Source of the DNA: Octopus vulgaris | Taxonomy: Eukaryota | DNA length: 64,000 bases | Direction of reading: 5' to 3' | Assembly (NCBI GenBank): GCA_951406725.2 | Contig: OX597814.1 | Location: 127,534,001 to 127,598,000 of the forward strand | Part shown: piece by piece, positions 24,345 to 38,497 of the stretch | Numbering within the stretch: the first letter of the stretch is position 1 | How the letters are laid out: the number at the start of each line of letters is the position of its first letter | Notes under the pieces: model-generated | What the model was told of the DNA's origin: nothing | The model's input: the letters and a program-made list of their open reading frames with translations, nothing else | Database searches by the model: none | Position numbers and translations under genes: made by a program

Positions 24345-25354
24345 GAGACTCAAGATGTCATTGGGAAGAGGTGTGTTTGAGATTTAATGTCCTTTGGAAC
24401 ACTTGTATACCAATGATCTAATTCTTATAGATGATTCAATCAAAGATTTAGAAAAGAAATTCCAACTGTGGAAGCAAAAACCTAGAATTGAGAATCCTCA
24501 AAGGAAATCTAACAAAGACAAAAGTTTTAATTAGCAGAAAAGGTGACAGAACTCCAAGATAGAACTTCTCAGATAAAAGTGACTGTGCTTTACGTGGGAG
24601 AAAGGAGCAGATGGAAATTCTATTCAGTGTGCTTTACATAAACTATAGATGCACAGGTGGGGGTGACAGAAAAGAAGATTTCAAATGCAGTAGATGCACA
24701 TGAGTAATTACTTGTAAGAGTTCCTATGAAAGACATTCTTCCAAATGTTTAGGGCAGTAGGGTGCTCCCTAGATGTAGTTCACAGCTTTTGTTAACTGTG
24801 GAGGGATTTTTCCAAAGATAACACAGTAAGAATAAGAACAGAGTAGTAAAGGTTTATGAAGCATGTGCCTCAACTGGCAGCCAAAAGATTTTTTCTCTGA
24901 GTGAAGGGCAAACAGTTCAATGCTTTTTTGAAAAGCAAGCATCGTACTCTTTGCATGGTAATGAGCTTTGGGCATTGAATTCAGAAGTGTGTAAAGACTA
25001 GGGTAAAAAAATGAAGCCAACATGTTCTGCTGGATGTATAATGTTAGTGTGCAGAAACAACAGAGCGCATATGAGCTGATGGGAATTAGAAGCAGTGTGC
25101 AAAATAAAAGAGAAAACTATGCTTGTATTGGCAAGCTGTGTGAATGGAGGCTGACAACTAGATAATGAAAAGTATAGTGATTCAAATGGAAGGAACTTGT
25201 GGTAGAAGTAAACCAACGAAGACATGGGAACAACTAGTGAAAGATAAATTTTAAAAAGCTGAACATCATGAAGGAAACGATATAAGAACACAAGTGGCAA
25301 GACACTGAAGAAGATTTATCCAATTCAAGTAAACATGGAGGAGTGAATGCAAGA

Positions 25355-25375
<21 letters not shown>
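24345..25375 (+). mobile_element. Old, heavily decayed RTE LINE 3' portion
   Basis: Residual EKKFQLWKQ, NLTKTKVLISRK, NEANMFCWMYNVSV, homologous to the 15-16 kb ORF. Followed by (GAT)n. Confidence 0.7.
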
Positions 25376-25385
<10 letters not shown>

Positions 25386-26592
25386 CGATGATGATGACGA
25401 TGATGATGATGATGACGGCAATGATGATGTGATGATGGGGATGATGATGATGATAGGGGAGAAGAGAAGGAGGAAGGAAAGAAGATGAATGAAGAGGAGG
25501 TGAAGGAGGAGATTGATGACAATGATGATGATGGCATGAATGAATCAAATATAAATGCTCATCCCTCCACACACACACACACATATATGCACATACACAC
25601 ATGAACACACACACATTCACACACACACATGCACATACACAAACACTGGAACACTCAGAGATCTCTACACACTCATGAAACACATAGATGTAGTGAGACC
25701 ACTATATACACACTTTATACATACTTATACATGTACATGCACACACACAAATACACACAGATATATATATATATACACTCATGGAACATATACAGATATA
25801 CAACCAGAACTTCACATTGATACATTATGTATACACTTGCACGTATTACACCATGGCAGTTATTCTGAATAAGAACGGATCTTGTCCATGATATCTCATC
25901 CAGCCCATGTGGGCATGGAAAACACATGTAAAATATTATGACAATGATGATGATGAAATCTGAATGAAATCAGAACCATTACTCATTCTGTTCACTAGAG
26001 CCTTTCACTAAGAGGGTTTAGTGGTTATTTCAACACTTAAAATGTAATTATGTAGCACCAGGGTAAGACTGAGGTTCTAGGATTACCTCCAGGAATGTAA
26101 TAGTAGAGTAAGCGTTTGGAACAAGATAGAACTAAGTATTCAGGCAGTTTGACTAAAAATGGCTTGAAGGCTCCAAGTGTTCTGCAATAAGATAAAATAG
26201 AAATAATCTTAAATTTCATAATATGATTACAAAAATTTATATATATAAATACATACATAAATATACATGTACATATATATGAGTATATAAGTATGTAAGT
26301 GTGCACATGTGAGTGTGGAGAGAGAGAAAGAGAGAGCGAGAGAGAGAGAGAGAGAGAGAGAGATGTACATGCATATTGTGTGTGTGTGTATATATATATA
26401 TATGTTTGTGTGTGAGTGTCCACATATAAACGTGTGTGTGTGTATGTGTGTGCATAAATGGTAGATGGGTGTACTAAGAATAGAGGATTCAATGTGTTAT
26501 GTAGTGTGTATATTCCTAGATTAGTTGCTTATGTGTCTCACTGCCATTACTCTGAGTTTTATTGACATGTTTACAAGTCATTGAGTCTTCAG

Positions 26593-28260
26593 ACACCTGT
26601 AGAGCATGAAGCTTTGGCTGCATTCAGCATGAAAGGTGATTCCATACTGGTTGCTGGTGGTCTGGACCCTCATTGGATATACCAAGTCATGTGATGGAAT
26701 TCAGAGAGAACCACTGTATACAGTGCTCATTGATGCAGGAGAGAAAATTCAGTCAGGTTAAACTTTCATTAGTAAAGGAGATGGCCTTTTGATATGCCTT
26801 GAAATATTTTTCAAATTATTTGATGAGAAATGAGCCAGGATGAAAGTTTATAAGTGAGAACAGATGGAAATAATCTGAATTTCTGAATTTCTTGCTGGCA
26901 GAAATGTTAGCAAGCCAGGCGAAATGCTTAGTGGTATTTCGTCTGCCGTTACGTTCTGAGTTCAAATTCCGCCGAGGTCAACTTTGCCTTTCATCCTTTT
27001 GAGGTCGATAAATTAAGTACCAGTAACGCACTGGGGTCGATATAATCGACTTAATCCCTTTGTCTGCCCTTGTTTGTCCCCTCTATGTTTAGCCCCTGTG
27101 GGCAATAAAGAAATAAGAAATGACAAGCTTTTTAGGTCGGTCGAGCCAGCAGTTCATAGATACTCTGGTTTCTTGCAGGGCAGTTATGTTCTTGATCACT
27201 AAGATTTCAAATAAAATAAGACAAGGATATAGAGTTAACTTTGTCTGCACAGAATAATGAAAATGTTAAATATAACATCCTTTGAAATTGTTTGCAGTGA
27301 ATTCCATATTATTTCATGGATAATACCCTAATCACTGACCATTATGCTCATGATCATAAGGTCATAAGTTCAATTCCATTGCTCCAGTCCACCAACCTGG
27401 CTAAAAAGATTTGTACATGTAATTCAAAGGGCCAGCCTTGTCACATTCTAGGTCATGCTGAATTGTTCCGAGAATGGCATTATGGATACATGTGTCTGCA
27501 GAGTACACAGCCACATGCATGTTAATTTCATGAGGGGACTGTTCCATTGATTGGATCAACTGGAACACTCATTGTCATATCCAAAGGAGTGCCAGTTAGT
27601 TTTAGTTACATTCTAGTAGAATGAACATGGCTCTGAATACCATGGCTTTAGAACGGCAATGTCTCCAGTGCACAAGAAACTCAATATTTGTAATTTCAGA
27701 TGGATTCTTGGGGTATTGACAGTGCAAACCTTTGTATGTTGGTTTTTTTTTCAGTTGTGATGTGAAATACTACACATGAAATTTCTCCATTTCTCCTTCA
27801 TTCAAATTTAAACCCTTTTACTAATAAAATTTCTATAAACCCATTTGTAAAAACAGTTTAATTCTTCGGACATCTCATCATCATAATTTAATGTCCACTT
27901 TCCATGCTGACATGGGTTGGACGGTTTGACATGGTGCTGGCTGGCTGGAAGTTGTCCAAACTCCAATTGTCTACTGTGGTATGGTTTCTATGGTCGGATG
28001 CCCTTCCTAATGCCAACCACTTAACAGTGTGTGCTGAGTGCTTTTTACATGCCACTGGCAGGGCTATAACAGTAATTTAATCTAAGTTCCATACCTGTGA
28101 ATCTGTAAAATTAAGCATTTGTAAATTTTTATCAGTGCATATACACTTCAACAGGTTCTTCTGCTCTTGCTATTCACTTCTGGTACAAGAAATTTTGTCC
28201 ACCCTATTGACATAAGGGTTTTCTATCTGGTTTATGGTTGTATGGTTGGTGTTAGAGATG
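26593..28260 (+). pseudogene. Candidate exons (26593-26756, 27700-27733, 28155-28260) of a multi-pass membrane protein, possibly MFS (SLC16/OFA-like); may be a pseudogene
   Basis: Canonical AG/GT ends. The last two exons splice in phase to WILGVLTVQTF|VLLLLLFTSGTRNFVHPIDIRVFYLVYGCMVGVRD. The first needs a frameshift (MKGDSILVAGG / TLIGYTKSC). Confidence 0.3.
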
Positions 28261-30086
28261 GTATGTAATAATAAAGCAAACATATGTTCTTTCAGGTTGT
28301 GTTAATATCAAAATTTGCAGAGCAAACTTTGTGCATCGATAATAGCAGACAGTGTTTATATTTAGTGCAGAAAATGTATCAGTGTTGAAATTGTTCAAAC
28401 AATAATTTACTTTTATGTGAAATAAGAAATTCAATATAACTGTGAATAGAGTATAGAAGAAGTCTAAAGAATACTCCCAAAGGGATTATACATGTTGCAA
28501 TTTAACATATCATATAAATCCTCACACACAGCACAGTTTTCACATTCTCTTACTTATACCATCCAAACCAATGAAGAAACCGCTCCATGGTTGTTCTATC
28601 TGCTAGAAATAGCAGCCAAATTTCCTCAAATCCTATCCTAAGATATCAGGAAAGATACACTGGTAAATATAGTCATGGATATACAAAACAATTGGAATGG
28701 TCGCGGCTGGAATCATTTCGATTGTGGAAGACTACTCAATCAGGACTGATAGGGGTTTAAATAACAATTCTAGCTCCTGTGATTTTACAGTGAGTAGTGA
28801 CAGCTCAGCCAGAAATTATTTATTGTCAAAGACAACCTGAGATTAACATTGTATATTAACATACTTAAAGCGTTATGAATATTTACGAGATATTGAAATA
28901 AATTATAATAGGCTGTATCTATTAATATAATCATCAATAACATTGTCAACATTTATTTAACATCCATATTCCATGTTGGTATGGGTTGGATGGTTCGACA
29001 GGCTCCAAACAGGCTGAAGGCTGTGTTGATCTCCAATGAATGCTTTGGCAAGTTTTCCATGTCTAGATGTCCTTGCTAATGCCAACCACTTTACAGAGTG
29101 TACAAGGTACTTTTTCCATAGTAGCAGTACTAGTAGGGCTACCAAGTAACTCACACGAGTAGACTCCTTAACAGAGTTGGGGTGCAGTGTTGAGGAAGGT
29201 GGCTTTGTATCAGGTAATGAGAGCAGGGACAGGTACCTTGCTGTAGAGGAGATACATGGTGACCCCAGCAGGGAAGGGAAAAAAGGATAGTAGAAACGAG
29301 GTATTAAGATACAAAATGGTGGCTAGCGGGAGAGAAAAGGGTCAGTGAATTGAGGATGTCTAAGTGGGTAGGTAGGTTCATGAGTGTGTGAAATGAGAGT
29401 AACAGACAGTAGAGATGAATACAGAAGTGAAAGCGGTGAACAGTGAACATGAATGGAAGTGTAGGCAATGGTGAGTCACAGTTTGGAGGAATGTAATAGA
29501 AAATAGGAATAGATCCTGCACTTCAACAATTTAAGGTTCTCAGACTATTAATTACTTATATTTGTCCACTGCACTACCTTTTGCATCATTTCAAATGGAC
29601 TTCAAATGTTTTTCTTCTTCTTTCTCTGGCACTCCATCAGTTATGACGACAGGGGTTCCAGTTGACTTGATCAATGGAACAGCCTGCTCGTGAAATTAAT
29701 GTGCAAATGGCTGAGAATTCCACAGATATGAGTATCCTTAATGTAGTTCTCAAGGAAATTCAGTGTGACACAGAATGTGACATGGCTGGTCCTTTAAAAT
29801 ACAGGTACTACTCATTTTTGCCAGCTGAGTGAACTGGAGCAATATCAAATAAAGAAATAAAGTGTCTTGCTCAAGGACAATGCATTGTCAGGAATTGAAC
29901 TCACAGCTTTATGATCATAAGCTGAATATCCTAATCACTAAGCCATGCACTTTCACCCAGATGTTCTATATTTACATTATAAACAAATTCTTAAGCTAGG
30001 TTTGAACTCAGAAACCTTATCTCTACTCACAGGCAATATCTAATACTCTAACCACTAAACCACAATTCTACTGAAATACTTATTAT

Positions 30087-30470
30087 TCTTTTACTCTTTT
30101 ACTTGTTTCAGTCACGTGACTATGGCCATGCTGGAGCACCACTTTTAGTCGAGCAAATCGACCCCAGGACTTATTCTTTGTAAGCCTAGTACTTATTCTA
30201 TCGTTCTCTTTTGCCGAACTGCTAAGTTACGGGGACATAAACACACCAGCATCAGTTGTCAAGTGATGCTGGAGGGACAAACGCATACACACAAACATAT
30301 ACACACACACACATACACTACGGGCTTCTTTCAGTTTCCGTCTACCAAATCCACTCACAAGGCTTTGGTCGACCCGAGTCTATAGTAGAAGACACTTGCC
30401 CAAGGTGCCCACTGAACCCAGAGCCATGTGGTTCGTAAGCAAAGCTACTTACCACACAGCCACTCCTATT
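30087..30470 (-). mobile_element. SINE family A, near full length
   Basis: Co-linear with other family A copies. Confidence 0.85.
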
Positions 30471-31597
30471 CTATAATTTTTTTACTTGTTTTAGTCATTG
30501 GATTGTGGCCATGCTGGAACACTGCTTTGCATTCTGCACTTATTCTTTTAAGTCTAGTACTAAGTCCCTTGGAGTCTTTTGTCAAGATGCTAAGTTATGG
30601 GAGATGCAAACAAACCAACATTGGTTGTCATGTCAAGTGAGGACAAAGATCTGAACACATACACATGCATATACATACATGGAGCATAGACCATCAGCAA
30701 CTTTTCTTCACTGTCCTTGACTCTGGGCTATCTCTCCAGTTGGATACCTACTCTTTACAGCTTCCTTTCAGATTTTGCTGTAGTGCATCATGTTCCCTTA
30801 AGGATGGCCTTCTTCTCCCAGGTTTTGTTGGTTTTAAGTTATTATCGATGCTTCTGTAACTCTGTTTCTTTCCAAATATGCAAATCCATTTCTACCTTTG
30901 GGAAGAGGTGGTCCAGATTAGTTTGACCTCTAACTTTTGATCTGTCCAATATGAAAGGCCTAACCAGGAGCTTGGACTCCATTGGCATAGCTTTCAGGGT
31001 CACTGAGGAACATAAGCCACCTCAAGGACTGGACTTTGTGGTCGTATAGCAGACACAAAATCCTCTAAGAATGAGAAATTCTAGTATATAAGATGTCATA
31101 GTAATTATTCTAAACCAAGAAATACAAGCAATTAGTTTAATTATTTAGAATACATTAAGAAGGAAAGAATATTTACAATTAAAAAAAATCTCTAAATCAT
31201 TAATTCCTGACATTTAAGCTTGTCTTGCATATAGACAGAATACTTTGGCTATACAATCTTCTACACAGTTAACATTGCATAGAATCATGTCACCTGATAA
31301 TATTTCAGGAAAGGAAACTAGATTAGTAAAGTGGACATAAAACTGTGTTCACACACATAAATATGCATGGTTTTTTATTCTTTTATTTGTTTCAGTCATT
31401 TGACTGTAACCATGCTGGAGCACTGCATTTAGTCAAACAAATCAACCCTAGGACTTTATTCTTTGTAAGTCTAGTACTTATTCTATAGGTCTCTTTTGCC
31501 GAACTGCTAAGTTACGGGGATGTAAACACACTAACATCAGTTGTTAAGGGATGGTGGGGAGGACAAACACAGACACACAAACATATATATGTATATA

Positions 31598-32293
31598 TCA
31601 GGTCATCCCATAAGTTCTGTCCGATTTTACTTTTTTTTAAATTGAATGAAATTTAATAGTATTTTAGAATGTCTAATGGAATGAAAACTTATTTTTATGC
31701 ATTTGTGTACATTTAAACTAATTAAATATTATTTTATAGAATAATAGAATTAAAATTTCTTTGATTAAAACCCTAACTAACATGGAAGTATACAAAGAGC
31801 ATTTAAGGCACATAATGCTTTATGAGTACAAAAAAGGAAACTCTGCAGCTGAAGTGATTCGAAACATACACTCAGTTTATAGGAAAGAATGCTGGAGATT
31901 TCAGCCTTGAAGATGAAGATCGAACAGGTCGTCCAGTTGAGTTTGATGATAAGCTCCTTGAGGCATTACTTGAAGAAAATCCTGCATTATCAGTTGAAGA
32001 ATTGGCAATAAAGCTTAGTTCAAACCATACAACTGTTCATCATCATCTTCAACAACTTGGAAAGATTGCTAAACTTGGAAAATGGGTGCCTCATGAATTG
32101 TCCGAAAGCAACCACAAAAACCAAGTTGACATCTGCTCTTCTCTCCATTCTCGCAAACTCATTTCACCCTTTTTGGATAGACTTGTGATGGTGATGAAAA
32201 ATGGATCTTCTATCGAAATGTTAAATGTCATAAACAGTGGCTTGATAAAAGGGAAAAAGCTCAACCACAACCGAGAATGGAACTTCATGGGAA
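31598..32293 (+). mobile_element. Mariner family 2, 5' half, inserted in a SINE A microsatellite
   Basis: TA plus the same TIR as 18194. ATG at 31782, GKWVPHEL. Truncated after ELHG, where the SINE A head resumes. Confidence 0.9.
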
Positions 32294-33088
32294 ACCATGT
32301 GGTTGGCAAGCAAGCCACTTACCACATAGCCACTCATGTGCCTATATATACTTGGAGACAAGTGTCTTCTACAATAGCCTCAGGCTGACCAATGCCTTGT
32401 GAATGAATTTGGTAAATGAAAAATAGCAACTGACACAAAACCATAAAAAAAATCTATTTATCTATCTACACACACATACACACACACACACATCTTGAAA
32501 TGATTAAAGGAAACATCACTGATTGTGTCCACTTCTCCACCCTTGTTCATCATTCACTGCATTTACTTGTGACCCCTCATCTCTATCCATTTGTCACTTT
32601 CCTTTCACACTCTCATGACCATACCTACCTACCTTCCTCAATCCTCTGTCCATATTCTCTCTTATACTCACCCTCTTTTACCTTGAGGGTATGCTCTAAC
32701 ACCTCACCACTACCAAATTTCCAGCTACTCTCACCTACCCTTATATAATGCAAAAGAGCTTTATATCTCTTCTACAACGAAACATGTTCCTGTCCCTCTA
32801 TTATACTTTAAACTCTGAAAACCTGGCTTAAAGTCACTTCCCTCTCTACTACATTCAGTGAAGGCGATGTTGTCTTTGTCTCGCATTTTATTTGAGGGGC
32901 TTACTAGTGCCATCAAATAAGCATGAAATCTTTTCTGCACTCATCTAAGTGATTGGTATTAGAAAGGTCATCTGGCTACAGAAACCATGAGATATTGTAG
33001 CTCAGTTCTACCCTCCAGCTCATTGGATCTTGCAAACCATCTAACCCATGCCAGCATGGAAGCATGTAAGTATGGTAAGAAGCTTGCT

Positions 33089-33510
33089 GGTGCAGGCGTG
33101 GCTGTGTGGTAAGAAGCTTGCTTCCCAATCACTTGGTTCCAGGTTCAGTCCTACTGCAAGGCACTTTGGGCAAGTGTTTTCTACTATAGAATCAGGTTAA
33201 CCAAAGCCTTGTGAGTGGATTTGATAGAGGGAAACTGAAAAAAGCCTGTCGTGTATACATGTGTGTGTGAGTGTGTGTGTGTGTGTGTATTTGTATGTTT
33301 GTATCTGTATTTGTCACCCTCAACATCACTTGACAACTGAAGTTGGTGTGTTTACATTCCCATAACCTAGCAGTTTGGCAAGAGTGACCAAAAGAGTCAG
33401 TACAAAGCTTACAAAGAATAAATCTCAGGGTCGATTTGTTTGACTAAAACCCCTTTAGGTGGCGCTCCAGCATGGCCGCAGTCAAATGACTGAAACAAGT
33501 AAAAGAATAA
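33089..33510 (+). mobile_element. SINE family A, full length
   Basis: Head, (TG)n and tail with hairpin CAGTCAAATGACTG at 33479-33492. Confidence 0.85.
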
Positions 33511-33999
33511 AAAAAATATACATCCTCCATATCACGCACACACACACATCCGAGTTAACTGAAAGCAGTGTCCAGGATTCATTCCCCACCTCTACTAAAG
33601 TGCTTTAGTAATTATTGGAACAATGACAATCGTGATTTCAACTAGCTGGAAGCATCTCCTTAAATAATGTCTTACGTACATCACACTTTCTTGACTCATC
33701 TTCGAGACTAGAAGGTTCATTCTATTTGTTATTGTTGCTGTTGTTGTTGATGTACTTATTATTATTGTTATCAGCAGCCTTGCTATCATTATAATCGTTG
33801 TCAGGATCATTTTCTAGGGCCACGTATAAAAGGCACTGATGCTGGTGCCACATAAAAAAAGCACTCAGTACACTCTGCAAAGTGGTTACTATAGAAACCA
33901 TACCTAAACAGACGACTGGAGACTGGTGCAGCTCTCCAGCTTGCCAGCTCCTATCAAACCATCCAACCCATGCCAGCATGGAAAGCAGATGTTGAATGA

Positions 34000-34094
34000 T
34001 AATGATCATCATCATCACAATTATCATCTTCATCATTGCCACCAGACCAGCACCATCAGTATGACCACCACCACCACCACCATCAACACCATCC

Positions 34095-34157
<63 letters not shown>

Positions 34158-34195
34158 CCACCGTCATCATCATCATCACTATCATCATCATCAAG
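34000..34195. repeat. (CAT)n/(CAC)n microsatellite
   Basis: Long perfect CAT run next to the end of an RTE 3' fragment (33820-34010). Confidence 0.9.
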
Positions 34196-34435
34196 GTAAT
34201 AAGGCGGTGAGCCAACAGAGTCGTTAAAGCATTGCAATTAACACCTTGCAGTATTTCTTCTGGTTCTTTACATTCTGAGTTCATATAATGCTGAGGTTAA
34301 TAAAGTACCAGTCATGCACTGGGCTCGATATAATCAAATAGCACACTTCCTTCAAAACCTAATTAGAAGAAATTATTATCCAAAGTAATGGAGTACCAGA
34401 TGTGATAAAGTATGGTATTAAATTTCATTTATTAT

Positions 34436-34830
34436 AGGCGGAGTAGTGGTTGTGTGGTAAGTAGCTTGCTTACCAACCACATGGCTCTGGGTTCAGTCCC
34501 ACTGTGTGCAACCTTGGGCAAGTGTCTTCTACTTTAGACTCGAGCCAACCAAAGCTTTGTGAGTGTATTTGGTAGATGGAAACTGAAAGAAGCCCATCAT
34601 ATATATGTATACATATATATATGTGTGTATGTGTGTGTGTATGTTTGTGTGTCTGTGTTTGTCCCCCCAACATCTCTTGATAACCGATGCTGGTGTGTTT
34701 ACGTCCCCGTAACTTAGCAGTTTGGCAAAAGAGATCTAGGCTTACAAAGAATAAGTCCTGGGGTCGATTTGCTCAACTCAAGGTGGTGCTCCAGCATGAC
34801 CAGTCAAATAACTGAAACAAGTAAAAGAGT
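34436..34830 (+). mobile_element. SINE family A
   Basis: Co-linear with the family, with a small internal deletion. Confidence 0.85.
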
Positions 34831-34873
34831 AGTTTGCAGCAGCAGCGGTGGCGCCACCACCACCACCAACACC

Positions 34874-34905
<32 letters not shown>

Positions 34906-36792
34906 CAACATACATACATACACATCACTAACTACTAAAGTGACTACAACCATTTCCGAGGATCACCCATCCCACCATTACATTATCTCCACTACTACAA
35001 CCACCTCAACTCCTACCATTACCATCACCTCCATCACAATCATCACTATTGCTTCTACTATCATCTCTATTCTCCATTATCACCATCACAATAACTACCA
35101 ACAATTACAAGAACAACAGTAGCAATGATAAGAACCTCTTCATAGTTGTTTGACCTCCTAAAAATACCAGCCAAATTGTCCTGAAATTATACAGTACAAT
35201 CTGAGAAGATGGCTTAGTCATAGTCCGGCCACATTTTATCAAAGGTATGCTGTTTCAGAACAGGGTGTGAACAAAAAACCTATACCAACAATTCCAAGAG
35301 CATCGATTTTAACTGTGGCTAATGGTAATGGCAGATAGCGTAACTGAATAATTTACCTTTTGGTCAATCTCAGAACAATTTGGTTAACATACTTACTAAA
35401 GCAGAATGGCTTTGAGAGATATTATTAAGGATTTTGCTAACTAATCTACTATAATTTATAACAATGGTTAAGTGGTGAGATAGTAGAATCATCAGTACAT
35501 TGGCCAAAATGCTTAGTGATATTTTTTTCAGCTTTTTGCATTCTTAGTCCAAAATCTGCTGAGATCAATTTTGCCTTTCAGTTTTTCAGTATTGATAAAA
35601 TAAAGCATTAGTCAAGCACTGGGTCAATGTAATCGATTACCCCACACCCAATAGCTGGCCTTGTGCCAAAATTTGAAAATATATTTCATAACAAACATTT
35701 GTTCATTAAATCCTGTTCCTTCAAAAGGAATTGTCCCTCGAAACTATGATACTATGAACTTACAGTCTAAGCTATTATAACTAGTTTATAGTTTTCTACA
35801 CATTTGTTATGGCTATGCAACATTATCCTTTGGATTGGATTGCCTATGTTCAGTCCACTACAGGACGAAGGCCTCAACATATTCTCTCCACCAACCAGTC
35901 TGATGTGGAGGCTGTGAATTTGAGCTTCAGATCATACTGGTTTCATGAGTCTACTCAGTCACTGGCTCAACATACATTAGCAGAGGGATACAGTTTTTAT
36001 ACTCATACCCAGGAGTAGTTTAGTCAACTACATCAACCCCAGTACTTAATTGGTATTTATTTTATTGACACCCAAAGGATGAAAAGCAAAGATAGCCTCA
36101 GTGGAATTTGAACTCAGAACATAAAGACAGACAAAATACCACTAAGCATTTTGTTCAGCATACTAACAATTTTGCCAGTTCACCATTTTAACATTCTCTT
36201 TATCTCTTAAAACTACAATCTCATTACAGAAATATAAGTTGACCCCCCCACCCCCCCGTCATTACTTGACTTACATGAAGTGGAGTTCACTTTGTTCATC
36301 ACTCTAGGATTTATAAGTACGATCTCATGAATATCTGACAAACTCCTCCCTCAAAACAAACAGCCTCATAATTTTGAATTTTGAGAAAATCGCCTCCTTT
36401 CCCTACCATAGTCTGAAATTAGTCTGGTTCCACCTTGCAAAATTTCTCTTGGAGGTCTTTGGTAATAACTAAATCCTGTAAAACATTTTGTCAGCTGCCC
36501 TAATAGTTCTAGCAAGTTAGACATTCAGTGTTGACCTCTCCTTGATTTGACCTCAAACAAAGTGGTTTACACTAGTTTATTATAATAAACAAAGTGGTTT
36601 ATACTAGTTTCTTTATTATATTATATACAAGAGTTTATAGTTTCCCTATACACTATAAACAAAGTGGTTTATACTAGTTTCTACTAATATATAGAGACAG
36701 AGTATTCTACTAATACTCTGTTTCTTTACTGTCAATTTTGACTTGAACTTCTACATCTTCAGTTTAAACTTTTCTAGCAATAAAGTTAATGA

Positions 36793-37235
36793 GGAACCTC
36801 TTCATAGACTCTCCTTAGAAACACCAGCTAAATCACAGCTTTCTTAAAAAAGTAGTAAGGACACATTGGAAAATAAAAGATGGGATAGTCACAGCTGGAA
36901 TGCTCTCAACAATAAGTTTATTGGATCAAGGCTAATCTGGGACAAAACAACAACAATACGGAAGGACATATTCAATAATATAGCTCTAGATACACTGTAT
37001 CTGAATAAAAGACTGGATGGTCATGAACAGACCATCTTGATTACAGGTCAGCTGGATCAAGGTTGACATGGGGTTAAATAAGAACAACAACTATGAAAAA
37101 GGAATCATTTGATAATGTAGCTGTCAATATTGTAATCCTAGCTACACTAAATAGAAACAGACTGTTTACAGCTGGGACATTTTTGATCAGAGGTCTGATG
37201 GATTGAGTCAGTGCCGACCAAGGGTTAAACAACAA
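36793..37235 (+). repeat. Tandem decayed copies of an old retroposon tail family ending GGGG(C/T)TAAACAACAA
   Basis: Similar to 28577-28768 (+), 47625-47850 (-) and 49228-49390 (-). Confidence 0.5.
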
Positions 37236-37594
37236 TAAAAGCTACTTTATCAACAATCACATCAATACTAGGTCAACTATCTTATTGCTATTTGTCTAGA
37301 GACACCAAGCAATAAAGAACGGAAGTATAGCGGATATTTGTACAAAATTAGTCAAACTATGACAATCTCTCATGTTGATGGAAACCATAGCTGACAGCCC
37401 TTCCCTAAATATAACAGCTACAACATATTTGACTAAATTAATTTCCATCCAATTGATCATATATATAAAAAAAAAAGGAAATATGAAATAATGAAAAAAA
37501 CAAAAAAACAATTACACTGACAAACCATGCTGATAAGACCTTGCTTTAGGGTCTTATCATCATGAAATGGATATAGTAAAGAGATGAGTAGAAT

Positions 37595-38475
37595 CTAGAA
37601 CTGACAAAGGAATGAGGGATATTATTCTTATCCTAAAAAAACTTGAGCATGGTGAGCAATTGTTTATTGCCTCTAATGACTATTAAAAAGCTTTTGACAA
37701 AAGTTATTCATGATAAATTATTGTCAGTTTTAGCAGAAATAGGATTTCCTTGCTATTTTATAGAATTATTAAAATCACTTTATTCTGAGAAAAGAGGAAT
37801 GTCAAAACTAATACAGGTTTCTCAGAGAGGATTGAAATTGCAGTGAGTGCAACAAGAATATATCCTTCTCTTCATCATCATTTAACATCTATTTTCCATA
37901 ATGGCATGGGTTGGATGGTTTAACAGGAACTGTCAAGCTGGAGGGCAACACCAGGTTCTAATTCTCTGTTTTGACAGGGTTCCTACAGTCGGATGCCCTT
38001 CCTAATACCAACCACTCTACAGAGTGTGCTGGGTGCTTTGTATGTGGTGCCAACACAGCAGTGTTTTGCATGACATTGGCACATGTGCTTTTCATGTGGC
38101 ACCAGCACAGGTGCTTTTAACATGGTACTGGCACAGGTGTTTTTTATGTAGTGTTAGCATGGGTGCTTCTTACATGGCACCATCATAGGTATCTTTTATG
38201 TGATGCTGGCACAGGTGCTTTCTATGTAGCACATGGATGCTTTGTATGTTGCGCCAGCACATAATGTTTAACATGTATGCAGAAAATGTAACGAAGAAAA
38301 CTCTAGAACATTTCCAAGATACAGTTAAAATCAATGGAAGATAGTCAGTAATCTCAGATATGTCAATGATACAGGCTCTGTTGCTAATATCTTAGAAGAA
38401 TTAAGGCTTTTGACAAAGAAAATGAAAGAGAAAAATATAGAATATGGTTTATTCATTACTGCTGACAAAACAGAA
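37595..38475 (+). mobile_element. Ancient RTE/BovB-like RT fragment split by a younger RTE-tail insertion (37870-38260)
   Basis: DY*KAFDK.IHDKLLSVLAEIGFP..FIELLKSLYSE, then MFNMYAE...VKING...SNLRYVNDT. Confidence 0.65.
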
Positions 38476-38497
38476 AAAATTTTTAAATCCTATATTA

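Noticed and set aside
26632-26740. Signal peptide plus YTVLIDAG as an apyrase (GDA1/CD39) gene, or ILVAGG as a kelch repeat
   Set aside because: The apyrase reading needs a frameshift and a broken donor site, and no further apyrase or kelch motifs were found. Kept only as an alternative reading.
33722-34284. Poly-Asp, poly-His and poly-Met ORFs (also 6105-6344, 25234-25683)
   Set aside because: (CAT/GAT)n and related trinucleotide microsatellites, often next to RTE tails.
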